DNA from: an uncultured Arcobacter sp.
Lineage (GTDB): Bacteria; Campylobacterota; Campylobacteria; Campylobacterales; Arcobacteraceae
Direction of reading: 5' to 3'
NCBI GenBank assembly: GCA_965140705.1
Contig: OZ223300.1
Span: 928,001-992,000 of the forward strand
Length of the DNA stretch: 64,000 nucleotides
The notes under the pieces are model-generated. The model was not told where the DNA came from. It worked only from the letters and a program-made list of their open reading frames with translations, and searched no databases. Below, piece after piece: positions 21,423 to 31,991 of the stretch; position 1 is the stretch's first letter, and every line of letters begins with the position of its first letter. Both the position numbers and the translations under genes were made by a program.

Positions 21423-23392
21423 CAGAGTTTAAAGTTGAAAGTAAATATAGCCCAGCTGGAGATCAACCCCAAGCAATAGAAAAATTAAGCCAATCAATAC
21501 TTGCAGGTAATCAATATAATACACTACTTGGAGTAACAGGTTCAGGGAAAACCTATACTATGGCAAAAATCATAGAAAAAACTCAAAAACCAACTTTAAT
21601 AATGACTCACAATAAAACACTTGCTGCTCAATTATATAGTGAATTTAAACAGTTTTTCCCAAATAATCATGTGGAGTATTTTATCTCTTATTATGATTAT
21701 TACCAACCAGAAGCTTATATTCCAAGAAGCGATTTATTTATAGAAAAGGACTCTTCTATAAATGCAGAACTTGAAAGATTAAGATTAAGTGCAACAGCTT
21801 CACTTTTATCTTTTGATGATGTTATTGTAATAGCTTCAGTTTCAGCAAACTATGGTCTTGGTAATCCAGAAGAGTATAAAGCTATGGTTCAAAGGCTAGA
21901 AAAAGGATTTGAATACTCTCAAAAACAATTACTAATGAAACTTGTAGACATGGGTTATAAAAGAAATGATAAGTTTTTTGATAGATCAGATTTTAGAGTA
22001 AATGGTGATGTAATAGATATTTTTCCAGCTTATTGGGAAGATGAGTTTTTACGAATAGAGTTTTTTGGTGATGAGGTTGAAAGAATAACTAAACATGAAT
22101 ATATGACTAATACAAAGGTAAAAGAACTCGATGATGTTACTATTTATTCAGTTAATCCCTTTGTTGTGTCAAAAGATAGACTAGCAAATGCAGTAAAAGA
22201 GATTGAGAAAGAATTAGCTGAAAGATTAGAGTTCTTAAAGGCTAATGATAAGCTTGTGGAGTACCAAAGACTAAAACAAAGAGTAGAGTTTGATTTGGAG
22301 ATGATTGAAGGCACAGGTATGTGTAAGGGAATTGAAAACTATGCTAGACTTTTAACAGGGAAAGAACCTGGTGAAACTCCTTATTCTCTTTTAGACTATT
22401 TTGCACAAATAGATAAAGACTTTTTATTAATAGTTGATGAATCACATGTTTCATTACCTCAATTTAGAGGAATGCATGCAGCTGATAGAAGTAGAAAAGA
22501 AGTACTTGTTGAGTATGGTTTTAGACTTCCAAGTGCCTTAGATAATAGACCTCTTATGTTTGACGAATTTATAAATAAAGCACCATATTATCTTTTTGTA
22601 AGTGCAACTCCAAAAGAACTTGAAGTAGATATGAGTGCTGTAGTAGCTGAACAAGTTATTAGACCAACTGGATTATTAGACCCAATTATTGAAATAATGA
22701 ATAGTGAATATCAAGTTGAGAAGTTACACGATGAGATTAAGAAAATAGTTGCAAAAAATGAGAGAGTCTTAGTAACTGTTTTAACTAAAAAAATGGCAGA
22801 AGAACTTACAAGTTATTATGCAAATTTGGGTATGAAAATAAAATATATGCATAGTGAAATAGATGCAATAGAAAGAAATGAGATAATAAGGGGATTAAGA
22901 CTTGGTGAATTTGATGTACTTGTGGGAATCAATCTTTTAAGAGAAGGCTTAGATATCCCAGAGACTTCTTTAGTAGCTATACTTGATGCTGATAAAGAAG
23001 GATTCCTAAGAAGTAGAACTTCCTTAATTCAAACAATGGGAAGAGCTGCAAGAAATCAAAATGGTAAAGTAATTCTTTTTGCAAAAAAAATTACAGATTC
23101 TATGCAGTTTGCAATAGATACTACAAATGCAAGAAGAGAGAAACAAGAAGCATATAATAAAGAACATGGTATTACTCCAACCACAACTATTAGAACCCTA
23201 GATGAAACCTTAAAACTTGAAGAGTATGATGATTTAGCTTGGAAAAAAGATAAGCTAGAAAAAATGCCAGCAGCTGAGAGAAAGAAAATGATGATAGAGC
23301 TTAATAAAGCTATGACAAAAGCTTCAAGGGACTTGAACTTCGAAGAAGCAATTAGACTGCGAGATGAAATAGAAAAAATCAAAAAATTGTAA
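21419..23392 (+). CDS. uvrB: Excinuclease ABC subunit B (start extended to ATA at 21419)
   Basis: ORF 21560-23392 lacks Walker A; the in-frame upstream segment encodes PAGDQPQAI...[25 protein letters not shown]-terminal UVR domain. Confidence 0.95.
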   Translation: MAEFKVESKYSPAGDQPQAIEKLSQSILAGNQYNTLLGVTGSGKTYTMAKIIEKTQKPTLIMTHNKTLAAQLYSEFKQFFPNNHVEYFISYYDYYQPEAYIPRSDLFIEKDSSINAELERLRLSATASLLSFDDVIVIASVSANYGLGNPEEYKAMVQRLEKGFEYSQKQLLMKLVDMGYKRNDKFFDRSDFRVNGDVIDIFPAYWEDEFLRIEFFGDEVERITKHEYMTNTKVKELDDVTIYSVNPFVVSKDRLANAVKEIEKELAERLEFLKANDKLVEYQRLKQRVEFDLEMIEGTGMCKGIENYARLLTGKEPGETPYSLLDYFAQIDKDFLLIVDESHVSLPQFRGMHAADRSRKEVLVEYGFRLPSALDNRPLMFDEFINKAPYYLFVSATPKELEVDMSAVVAEQVIRPTGLLDPIIEIMNSEYQVEKLHDEIKKIVAKNERVLVTVLTKKMAEELTSYYANLGMKIKYMHSEIDAIERNEIIRGLRLGEFDVLVGINLLREGLDIPETSLVAILDADKEGFLRSRTSLIQTMGRAARNQNGKVILFAKKITDSMQFAIDTTNARREKQEAYNKEHGITPTTTIRTLDETLKLEEYDDLAWKKDKLEKMPAAERKKMMIELNKAMTKASRDLNFEEAIRLRDEIEKIKKL

Positions 23393-23524
23393 ATATAGGT
23401 TCATCTTTTGTTCAAACTCTACGTTGGATAGCAATTTTTAATGCTCACGTACTTTAGTACGCTCCGCTTAAAAATTTCTCTCCGCCTTGATTTTGAAAAA
23501 AATCTAAACCTCTATTTACAATTT
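23384..23524. mobile_element. 141-bp palindromic MITE / RPE-like element
   Basis: 18-bp terminal inverted repeats with 1 mismatch, nested internal inverted repeats, central GCTCACGTAC-TTTA-GTACGCTCCGC. Confidence 0.7.
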
Positions 23525-23567
23525 AGCTATAAACTTATATTAATAAAAACACAATACAATTCTAACT

Positions 23568-24212
23568 ATGAAAAAAGCAACTAAAAAAGATATTGAAATA
23601 ATAAAAGAAGCCTTTGTTGAAAAATACTCTGATGCCGTTACAGAACTTTGTTATAAAAATGATTTTGAACTACTTATTGCAATTATACTGTCGGCTCAAT
23701 GTACGGATAAGAGGGTAAATATTATTACTCCTGCTTTGTTTGAGAAATATCCTACACCTTTTGATTTGGCTGAAGCAAGTCTAGAAGATGTGAAGGAGTT
23801 ATTGAAATCATGTTCATTTTTTAACAATAAATCACAAAATATCATTAAGATGGCTCGAAGTGTAGTTGAACTTCATGGGGGAGATATTCCCCATGATACA
23901 AAGGCACTGATGAAACTAGCTGGTGTTGGAAATAAAACGGCAAATGTATTTATGATAGAATCTGAGGGAGCTAACTTAATGGCTGTGGATACTCATGTAT
24001 TTAGAGTATCACATCGTTTAGGTTTAAGTGATGGAAAAACTGTTGAGCAAACAGAAGAACATTTGGTAAAAAAACTAAAAGGTGATTTACATATCTTTCA
24101 TCAAGCTATGGTATTATTTGGGAGATATACCTGTAAAGCAGTTAAACCTGAGTGTGATAATTGTTTATTCCCTCATGTTTGTAAGACAAAACAATCTTTT
24201 AAGCCTGCATAA
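23568..24212 (+). CDS. nth: Endonuclease III
   Basis: LSAQCTD, LAGVGNKTAN (HhH), AVDTHVFR, C-X6-C-X2-C-X5-C Fe-S motif. Confidence 0.96.
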   Translation: MKKATKKDIEIIKEAFVEKYSDAVTELCYKNDFELLIAIILSAQCTDKRVNIITPALFEKYPTPFDLAEASLEDVKELLKSCSFFNNKSQNIIKMARSVVELHGGDIPHDTKALMKLAGVGNKTANVFMIESEGANLMAVDTHVFRVSHRLGLSDGKTVEQTEEHLVKKLKGDLHIFHQAMVLFGRYTCKAVKPECDNCLFPHVCKTKQSFKPA

Positions 24213-24278
24213 TATAATTATCTAATTGTAACTTTAAATATAGTATCATTTAATTTTTTTATAATTAAAAGGTTTTAA

Positions 24279-25934
24279 ATGAGAAATTTTTATGTTTTTA
24301 AAGTATGTTTTATTATGTTATTCTTTATTGGATGTTCAAATACTTCAGTTAATGAATCTTCAAATTCTTCTGCTATTGAATCATCAAAAAGTTATTATAC
24401 AAAACTTCCTATATCTAATGAATACCTTTACGCCGTTAATTTATATAGAAATAATCGATTTAATGAAGCATTTAAAATATTTAAAGTTTTAGCACATAAA
24501 GGTGATCCTCTTGCACAAAACTATCTTGGAATAATGTATAAAAGAGGACAGGGAGTAAAACGAAATAATAGTAAGGCATTTTATTGGTATAAAAAAGCTG
24601 CTTTTTGGGGTGAAGCTGATGCCCAAAATAATCTAGGTTATTTTTATCAAACCATATTACACGATTATAAATCTTCTTTTTATTGGTATAAACTTTCTGC
24701 TAATCAAGGATTTCCTTTAGCTCAAAGTAATATTGGAACATCGTATTTATATGGGGAAGGTGTTGAAAAAGATGTAAATATGGCTTTAAAATGGTATGAA
24801 AAAGCAGTTAAGAATGGAAGTTCTAATGCCTTATATGCTCTTGGATTACTTTATTTTGAGGGAAAGTTTGTTCATAAGGACTATAAAAAGGCACTAGAAT
24901 ATCTAATGAAAAGTAAAGAATTAGGTTATGATAGAGCATATGTTTTATTAGGTGATTTTTATGAAAATGGCAAAATTGTTGAAAAGGATACAAAAAAAGC
25001 ATTTCAATATTATATGACAGCACATTTAAAAGGAAATGTAGAAGCAAAAATGAAGTTAGGACTTCTTTATTATTATGGGAAGGGAGTGAAAAAAGATCAT
25101 ATAGCTTCAATAGAGTTTTTTGAACAAGCTGCAAAATTTGATAATGTAAAATCATTATATTATTTAGGCTTAATTTATAAAGAAGAAAAAAATATAAAAA
25201 AAGCTTTAGAATATTTTGAAAGGGCATCTACAAAAGGTAGTATAAGTGCAAAAATTAACCTTGCAAATATTTATTATTTTAAGAAATATAATAATAGAGA
25301 CATAAAAAAAGCTGAAATGTTATATCAAGAGGTAGCTAATAAAACAAATAATCCAAATTTAATGCATGTGTTAGGGATTATTAATGAATTTTATTATAAA
25401 AAATTTACTCAGGCTTCAATTTGGTATCAGAAGGCTTCTGATTTGGGATATGAAAAATCACAATATAATTTGGGTGTAATGTATGAACGTGGATATGGAG
25501 TAATTAAAAATTATAAAAAATCTATAATGTTATACAGAAAAGCTGCATTGCAAGGGTCTTCTAATGCACAATATAATTTGGCAATGATGTATTATAAGGG
25601 GAAAGGTACAAAAATCGATTATGAAAAAGTTCAAAAGTGGCTTAAGAAAGCAGCAAATAAAGATAATGAAAGGGCAGAATATCTTTTAGGATATATGTAT
25701 TATAAAGGCATAGGTATGGAAAGAGATTATAATAAAGCTTATTCTTTATTTCAAAAAGCATCTAAACATAATGATGATAATGCAAATTATATGATTGGTA
25801 TAATGCATTATTATGGTTATGGAGTAAAACAAAGTAATAGTGAGGCAATAAAATGGTTAAAGAAGGTCAAAAGGAACAGTAAAAATGTTAAGTTAATGAT
25901 AGAGTTAATTCAAAAAAAAATTGATTTAATATAA
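24279..25934 (+). CDS. Sel1-like repeat lipoprotein
   Basis: Lipobox FIGC; about a dozen AQxNLGxMYxxGxGV...WYxKAA repeats. Confidence 0.92.
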   Translation: MRNFYVFKVCFIMLFFIGCSNTSVNESSNSSAIESSKSYYTKLPISNEYLYAVNLYRNNRFNEAFKIFKVLAHKGDPLAQNYLGIMYKRGQGVKRNNSKAFYWYKKAAFWGEADAQNNLGYFYQTILHDYKSSFYWYKLSANQGFPLAQSNIGTSYLYGEGVEKDVNMALKWYEKAVKNGSSNALYALGLLYFEGKFVHKDYKKALEYLMKSKELGYDRAYVLLGDFYENGKIVEKDTKKAFQYYMTAHLKGNVEAKMKLGLLYYYGKGVKKDHIASIEFFEQAAKFDNVKSLYYLGLIYKEEKNIKKALEYFERASTKGSISAKINLANIYYFKKYNNRDIKKAEMLYQEVANKTNNPNLMHVLGIINEFYYKKFTQASIWYQKASDLGYEKSQYNLGVMYERGYGVIKNYKKSIMLYRKAALQGSSNAQYNLAMMYYKGKGTKIDYEKVQKWLKKAANKDNERAEYLLGYMYYKGIGMERDYNKAYSLFQKASKHNDDNANYMIGIMHYYGYGVKQSNSEAIKWLKKVKRNSKNVKLMIELIQKKIDLI

Positions 25935-26049
25935 TATCTTTATAAATGAGTATAGCTTATGAATAACTTCATAATAAAATATTATTTTGCATAGATAAGT
26001 AATTCAATTTATATATTATCTAAACTTTTTAAATGTTTTCAGTTTAATT

Positions 26050-26451
26050 TTATTGCTCTTTACACTCTTCAGTCCATTTATCAAAAATATATTCATCTTG
26101 GATTTTATTGATATTTACATTATTCGCAACACATAAATACTCTTTGCCATTCTTTTTAATTATATAAGTAAATTTATAAATATAGTGGTCTTTTGAAGAG
26201 ACAACTTTATTATTTAAAAGTTCACTTGAGAGTTTTAATATTTCTATATTATTCTCTTGTTTATACTTCTCTTTAAAAGCATTTGGGAAAAAATTCTCTT
26301 GATTTTTTTGATACATTGTAAAAACTAATATTACAATTATAATAATAGAAGATAAGATAATAATCTCTCTTTTTTCAAATTTATTATCAAGTTTGTAGAT
26401 AATAATTCCTATTAAAATAATAACTAGTATAATTCCTAAAAATATTTGCAT
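26050..26451 (-). CDS. Hypothetical protein with two N-terminal TM helices
   Basis: 133-aa ORF, AGGA SD, hydrophobic N-terminus. Confidence 0.75.
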   Translation of the reverse strand: MQIFLGIILVIILIGIIIYKLDNKFEKREIIILSSIIIIVILVFTMYQKNQENFFPNAFKEKYKQENNIEILKLSSELLNNKVVSSKDHYIYKFTYIIKKNGKEYLCVANNVNINKIQDEYIFDKWTEECKEQ

Positions 26452-26474
26452 AATCTTTCCTATTTAATTTTTAT

Positions 26475-26720
26475 TTATGATAATTTACTTTGAATACTTT
26501 TTTTATAATCATCTTTTAGACTGATTGTAGCATTTATTGGTGCATTTGAAGAGCTTACTTTTCTTTTAACTACATTTTTGGGTACATATTTAAATGGTTT
26601 TTTACTTAATGCCTTTTTATCCACATCAATAGTAGATATAAGGTCACTTTTTATACTTTTTAATATCGTTAAAACAGTATCTAAATTTTTATCTTCAATC
26701 TCTAATGTAATTTTTGCCAT
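26475..26720 (-). CDS. Small hypothetical protein
   Basis: 81-aa ORF MAKITLEIEDKNLDTVLTIL, co-oriented with the downstream ORF. Confidence 0.7.
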   Translation of the reverse strand: MAKITLEIEDKNLDTVLTILKSIKSDLISTIDVDKKALSKKPFKYVPKNVVKRKVSSSNAPINATISLKDDYKKSIQSKLS

Positions 26721-26869
26721 ATTTATTCCATAAATTTATTTTAGTATATCATATTTAGATTTATTATATTAAAATTTATGTTTATCATAATTAAATCAAC
26801 AAGTGAAAAATAACTTTTATTAAATTTATTAAATGTTAAACTATCTAAAAATAATAAATAAGGAAATAA

Positions 26870-28663
26870 ATGCAACACCAACATCTTACAGAAATTATGG
26901 CATCAATAATTATAGTTGGTATTGTCTTGCAATGGATAGGATGGCGTTTAAAAATTCCAGCATTGATACTTTTGATAATTGCTGGGATTGTTATGGGTCC
27001 ACTAACTGGTTGGATTAATCCAAAAGAAGATTTTGGAGATATCTTTCATCCCCTAATTTCACTTGGTGTTGCAATAATTTTATTTGAAGGTGGAGTAAAT
27101 CTAAAATGGCATGAATTCAAACAAAACTCACAAGTAATAAATCGTCTAATAACTTGGAATGTTTTAGCCACTTTTTCACTTGGAGCAATTGCTTCACACT
27201 ATCTTGTAGGATTATCTATTCCTGTGGCTTTAATTTTTGGAGGTATTGTAATAGTAACTGGTCCTACTGTAATTGGACCTTTATTAAAACAAGCGAACTT
27301 AAATAGACGACCAGCTGCACTATTAAAATGGGAAGGTATTATTAATGATCCTATAGGAGCTTTACTTGTAGTATTGATTTATAGTTATTATATGTTATCA
27401 CAAAGTGAAACTTTAGTAATTAATATAGTAATGGGTCTTGGATTAAGTCTTTTAGTATCTTTGATACTTGGTATTGGTATTGGTTTTCTTATTGCAGAAG
27501 CTTTTAAAAAAGGAAAAGTTCCTGAACACCTAAAATCGCCTATTATTTTAATTAGTATTTTTTTAGTTTATACTTTGGCAAATCTTGTTCAAAGTGAAGC
27601 TGGACTTATGGCAACAACAATATTAGGAATTACTCTTGCCAATCAGAAATTAAGCTCATTGGATGAATTAAGACGTTTTAAAGAGTATGTGACGATATTA
27701 CTTGTTTCAACTATATTTATTATGCTAACAGCTGATATTCAACCTGAAATATTACAAAGATTGGGTTGGCAAAGTTGGTTACTACTATTTTTAATAATAT
27801 TTGTATTTAGACCCTTAAGTGTTTATTTATCTACAATCAAAACTGATATAAATTGGAAAGAGAGATTATTTATAGCTTGGATTGCTCCAAGGGGTATAGT
27901 TGCAGCTGCAATTGCTGGTTTATTTAGTCCACAACTTATGGAAAGGGGTTATATTGGTGCTGAATTATTACTTCCTTTAGTATTTGCTTTAATTATTCTT
28001 ACTGTTGTTTTTCATGGATTAAGTATTGGTTGGCTAGCTAAAAAATTAGATTTAGCATCTAATCATCCTGATGGCTTGTTGCTAATTGGTGCATCACCTT
28101 GGAGTATTGCTCTTGCTAGTGAATTACAAAAAAATGAAATACCTGTATTATTAGTTGACAGTAATTGGGGAAATCTCAAACCTGCAAGAATGCAAAATAT
28201 TCCTACTTTTTATGGAGAAATTTTAGCAGAAAAAACTGAAGAAGTTTTAGAACTTTCTCATATAACTAAACTTCTTGCTTTGACACCAAACAAATCTTAT
28301 AATACCTTAGTTTGTTCACAATTCGCCCCAGAAATTGGTCAAAATAGTGTTTATGAAATAGCATGGCAAGAAAAAAATGAGAATAAAATTCCAAGTGAAA
28401 CAGTAAGAGGAACTACTCTTTTTGATTCTAAAATGTTTTATAATGACTTTATAAATAATTTTAATAATGGTTGGAAATTTCAAACAACATTGTTATCAGA
28501 TAAATTTACTTATGAAGATGCCATAAAAAACAATCCAGAGAATTCTTTAGTTATTGCTCTTATTACAAAGAGTGAGCATGTATTTGTTTATCCTTTTCAT
28601 GAAGAGAAATTAGACAAAGAATTAAAAGCACTTATTTTATTTACTCCTCCCAATAAAAATTAA
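26870..28663 (+). CDS. CPA1/NhaP-type cation:proton antiporter with C-terminal TrkA-N-like domain
   Basis: VTGPTVI, WEGIINDPIG, IAPRGIVAA, many TM helices. Confidence 0.92.
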   Translation: MQHQHLTEIMASIIIVGIVLQWIGWRLKIPALILLIIAGIVMGPLTGWINPKEDFGDIFHPLISLGVAIILFEGGVNLKWHEFKQNSQVINRLITWNVLATFSLGAIASHYLVGLSIPVALIFGGIVIVTGPTVIGPLLKQANLNRRPAALLKWEGIINDPIGALLVVLIYSYYMLSQSETLVINIVMGLGLSLLVSLILGIGIGFLIAEAFKKGKVPEHLKSPIILISIFLVYTLANLVQSEAGLMATTILGITLANQKLSSLDELRRFKEYVTILLVSTIFIMLTADIQPEILQRLGWQSWLLLFLIIFVFRPLSVYLSTIKTDINWKERLFIAWIAPRGIVAAAIAGLFSPQLMERGYIGAELLLPLVFALIILTVVFHGLSIGWLAKKLDLASNHPDGLLLIGASPWSIALASELQKNEIPVLLVDSNWGNLKPARMQNIPTFYGEILAEKTEEVLELSHITKLLALTPNKSYNTLVCSQFAPEIGQNSVYEIAWQEKNENKIPSETVRGTTLFDSKMFYNDFINNFNNGWKFQTTLLSDKFTYEDAIKNNPENSLVIALITKSEHVFVYPFHEEKLDKELKALILFTPPNKN

Positions 28664-28761
28664 ATTACTTTTTTATATTATTAATATTAATTTAAATATT
28701 AGAATTAACATAAAATTAACAGACATATATAATAATCTCTCTAAAATTAAAGGAGAGAGTA

Positions 28762-30735
28762 TTGAAAAAGTCTATATGTCTGTTAAGTATTGTTGCTTCA
28801 ACAGTTTTGTTAGGGAATGAAGTTGAAGTACCAACAGTAAATGTTGCGGAAAAGATAAATACAAAAGTAGTTAAAGATATAAGTGAAGATCAACTAAAAT
28901 CAGCGGATTTAGCGGAAGCTTTAAGTAAAAATGTACCTTCAATATCAATTGTAAGAAGAAATGGGATTGCAAATGATATTATTTTGAGAGGACAAAAGAA
29001 AGATAATATCAATGTATTAATAGATGATGCAAAGATATATGGAGCTTGTCCAAATAGAATGGATCCAGTAACATCACATATATTAACAAATAATGTAGAA
29101 AGTGTAGAAGTAATAGAAGGACCATATGATGTTGAGAACTTTGGAACACTAAGTGGGAAAGTTCAAGTACATACAAAAGAGCCAACAAAAGATTTACATG
29201 GAGAAGTTAATTTAAATGCTGGAAGCTTTAATTATAGAAAAGCAAGTGCAACAATAAGTGGAGGAACAGATAGATTTAAATTATTACTTTCAGCTTCAAC
29301 TGAAAAAAGTGACCAATATAAAGATGGAAATGGTAATGACTTTTATGAACAACAAGTTGAAAAGGGTGTTCCTTCTACAACACGTTATAAAGATCCTAAT
29401 GAAAAAGCATATACTAAAAAAACACTCTTATCTAAACTAATTTTTAATATAGATGATAGTTCAGAAGTAAAACTTTCATATACGGCAAACAGAAGCGATA
29501 ATGTATTATATCCAGCTGGTGGAATGGATGCTGATTATGATGATTCAAATATCTATACTATTGGGTATACAAAAAGAGATTTAGGTAAGTATTCAAAAGA
29601 GTTGAATTTAGATTATTATTACTCAGATGTAGATCATCCTATGAGTACAAAATTAAGAAATCCTAATATGATGTATATGACAAGCCATATGAAAACATCA
29701 ATTTGGGGAACAAAATTAAAAAATAGTATGGAACTTGCTGATTCAATTTTAACAGTTGGATTAGATACAAGTGTTAGAAATTGGAGAAGTAATAATTATC
29801 AAACATCAATTACAACAGGGAAGATTACACCAACTGCTGATTCTTTTCCATCAACTGATACTAAAAATAAAGCAATATTCGCAAAATTAGAGAAAGATTT
29901 TGGTAAATTAAATTTAGACTTTGGTTCAAGATATGACCATACAAATATTGAGCCAGATGGTAATACAAAAAATGAAAGAAAATACAATGCACTAAGTGCA
30001 AATGTTTTTGCTGTTTATAATCAAGACGAATTTACTAAGTATTTTGCAGGAATTGGTAAATCTTCTAGAGTTCCTGATGCAAGAGAACTTTATTTTTCAG
30101 GAATGGGTTCAAAAGGGAATCAAGATTTAAAACAAACAAAAAACTATGAAGCTGATCTTGGTTTTGAAAAAACAATAGGTGATTTTAATATTAAATCAAA
30201 ACTTTTTTATTCTGTGTTAAAAGATTATATATATAACAATGCAACAAGTAAAAAGTTTGAAAATGTTGATGCTAAGATTTATGGTGCGGAAATAAGTGGA
30301 TTTTATCTATTTGGTGACTCATTTTCAGCAGATTATGGAATTGCTTATCAAAGAGGAAAAAAAGATGAAGCATTAGATGGTCAAACAAATAAAAACTTAG
30401 CAGAAATTCCTCCTTTAAAAGCTAATATAGCTTTAAACTATGAGTATTCAATTCATAAGCTAACAGCAGAAATGGTAGCTGTTGATAATTGGAACAAAGT
30501 TGATACTGACAATGGGGAACAAAGATTAGGAGGATATGCTCTTTTTAATTTAAAATATAAAAATAGCATAAGTAAAAATTTTGAAATAACTTTAGGTGTT
30601 GATAATGTATTTGATAAAACTTATGCTTCAACAAATACTTATAAAGATATTTCATATACAGTTGTAGGTGGAAACCAAATTACTTTTAATGATCCAGGTA
30701 GATATGGATATATTAATTTAAAATATAAATTTTAA
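28762..30735 (+). CDS. TonB-dependent receptor, copper OprC-like
   Basis: Signal peptide, plug GACPNRMDP (CxxxM), HPM, C-terminal YKF. Confidence 0.88.
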   Translation: MKKSICLLSIVASTVLLGNEVEVPTVNVAEKINTKVVKDISEDQLKSADLAEALSKNVPSISIVRRNGIANDIILRGQKKDNINVLIDDAKIYGACPNRMDPVTSHILTNNVESVEVIEGPYDVENFGTLSGKVQVHTKEPTKDLHGEVNLNAGSFNYRKASATISGGTDRFKLLLSASTEKSDQYKDGNGNDFYEQQVEKGVPSTTRYKDPNEKAYTKKTLLSKLIFNIDDSSEVKLSYTANRSDNVLYPAGGMDADYDDSNIYTIGYTKRDLGKYSKELNLDYYYSDVDHPMSTKLRNPNMMYMTSHMKTSIWGTKLKNSMELADSILTVGLDTSVRNWRSNNYQTSITTGKITPTADSFPSTDTKNKAIFAKLEKDFGKLNLDFGSRYDHTNIEPDGNTKNERKYNALSANVFAVYNQDEFTKYFAGIGKSSRVPDARELYFSGMGSKGNQDLKQTKNYEADLGFEKTIGDFNIKSKLFYSVLKDYIYNNATSKKFENVDAKIYGAEISGFYLFGDSFSADYGIAYQRGKKDEALDGQTNKNLAEIPPLKANIALNYEYSIHKLTAEMVAVDNWNKVDTDNGEQRLGGYALFNLKYKNSISKNFEITLGVDNVFDKTYASTNTYKDISYTVVGGNQITFNDPGRYGYINLKYKF

Positions 30736-30738
30736 TAA

Positions 30739-30766
30739 AATAAAAGGAAGATTTCTTCCTTTTATT
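30739..30766. terminator. Bidirectional terminator
   Basis: AATAAAAGGAAGA-TT-TCTTCCTTTTATT between convergent genes. Confidence 0.75.
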
Positions 30767-31991
30767 CAAAGTCCATTCTAACTTGAGTTTGACCTGTTGT
30801 CCCAAATGCTAGGTCAATTTTTGTAGCTATTTCTTTAAAATCTACATCTTGAACAGTTTTTAGAGTTTTTATAATCTCTTTTTTCCCGTTTACTAATTCT
30901 TTTGATTTTATACCATGGGAGATTGATAAACTAGCTTCAATAAAAGCTGATAATTTATCACATTGTTTTAAAGCTTTCCCATCTATTGCATTATATTTAT
31001 CAACATTGTATGCGGCTAAACCATCATTTACAATTTGTATACCATCTTCATTGATTTTGTCTAAAAATTCATCTTTTATGCCATCATACAATCCTAAAAG
31101 ATATGAAAATTCTTCTTTAATTTTTTCAGGAACATTTGGCATGATATCATCTTCTATTTTTATGATTTCGTATTCACTAATGATTTCAGATAAATCATCA
31201 ACGCAATATTTGACAGGAGAAATAATATCTCTTGTTAGTGCTTCTGGTAAATCATGGAAAAGTGCTGTATAAAAGTTGTTTTGCAATCTTTTATCACAAG
31301 CATTTACATCAAGGGAATAAAAGTATCCAAATAGTGCAACTATTAACATATGTCCTAAAACAGAAGTCTCAGGTATTCTAGGAGTTTGAGACCATCTTTT
31401 TTGAAATCTAAGTCTTCCACTTAAGTCAACTATTTTAGATAATTTTTTATTTAGAGCAATTTTTCTAACCCCTATTAATTCATAATAATCTTCAATTTCC
31501 TCTTCAACACTTTTTTTCACATCTTCTATATCACTTAAAAAAGTACTTGTTTGATATACAATAGAAAATTCCCATTTTGTAGAAAGATATGAGGCTGCTT
31601 TATTTATAAATCTCTCTTTTTTATACATCTCAGGATTTTCTAAATATTCTTGGAATTTTTTTAAAAAATTACCACCATCTATATCTTTTATAGAATCATG
31701 AAGTTTTTCTATAACCCAAGCATTTATTTCTTTTGATTTTTTTTGTAAGGCATTTCGAAAAACATCAGGTCTAATATCAGTTACTACTATTCTTCTTAAG
31801 AATTCAAAAACTCCTGCTTCTATTAGGTGTGTGTAGTTTATATCATCTTCAAGTTTTGCAATAAAATATGCAATAATGAATTTATGAGCTTGTTTATCTA
31901 ATTCTACTAATTCAACCATTCTAGGATAATCATTCCATCTTTGAATTGAAGCTGAAGTAAAAATATAATCTATAATTTTGTGATTAATCAT
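30762..31991 (-). CDS. HD-domain hydrolase with tandem YfbR-like domains
   Basis: IQRWND...DKQAH and FQKRWS..PRIPETSVLGH...LFHDLPEALTRD...CDKLSA; start placed at MINHK (31991). Confidence 0.85.
   Translation of the reverse strand: MINHKIIDYIFTSASIQRWNDYPRMVELVELDKQAHKFIIAYFIAKLEDDINYTHLIEAGVFEFLRRIVVTDIRPDVFRNALQKKSKEINAWVIEKLHDSIKDIDGGNFLKKFQEYLENPEMYKKERFINKAASYLSTKWEFSIVYQTSTFLSDIEDVKKSVEEEIEDYYELIGVRKIALNKKLSKIVDLSGRLRFQKRWSQTPRIPETSVLGHMLIVALFGYFYSLDVNACDKRLQNNFYTALFHDLPEALTRDIISPVKYCVDDLSEIISEYEIIKIEDDIMPNVPEKIKEEFSYLLGLYDGIKDEFLDKINEDGIQIVNDGLAAYNVDKYNAIDGKALKQCDKLSAFIEASLSISHGIKSKELVNGKKEIIKTLKTVQDVDFKEIATKIDLAFGTTGQTQVRMDFE

Noticed and set aside
21560..23392. uvrB as an N-terminally truncated pseudogene
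   Set aside because: The missing N-terminus is intact and in frame behind a good SD, so a non-canonical start explains it better
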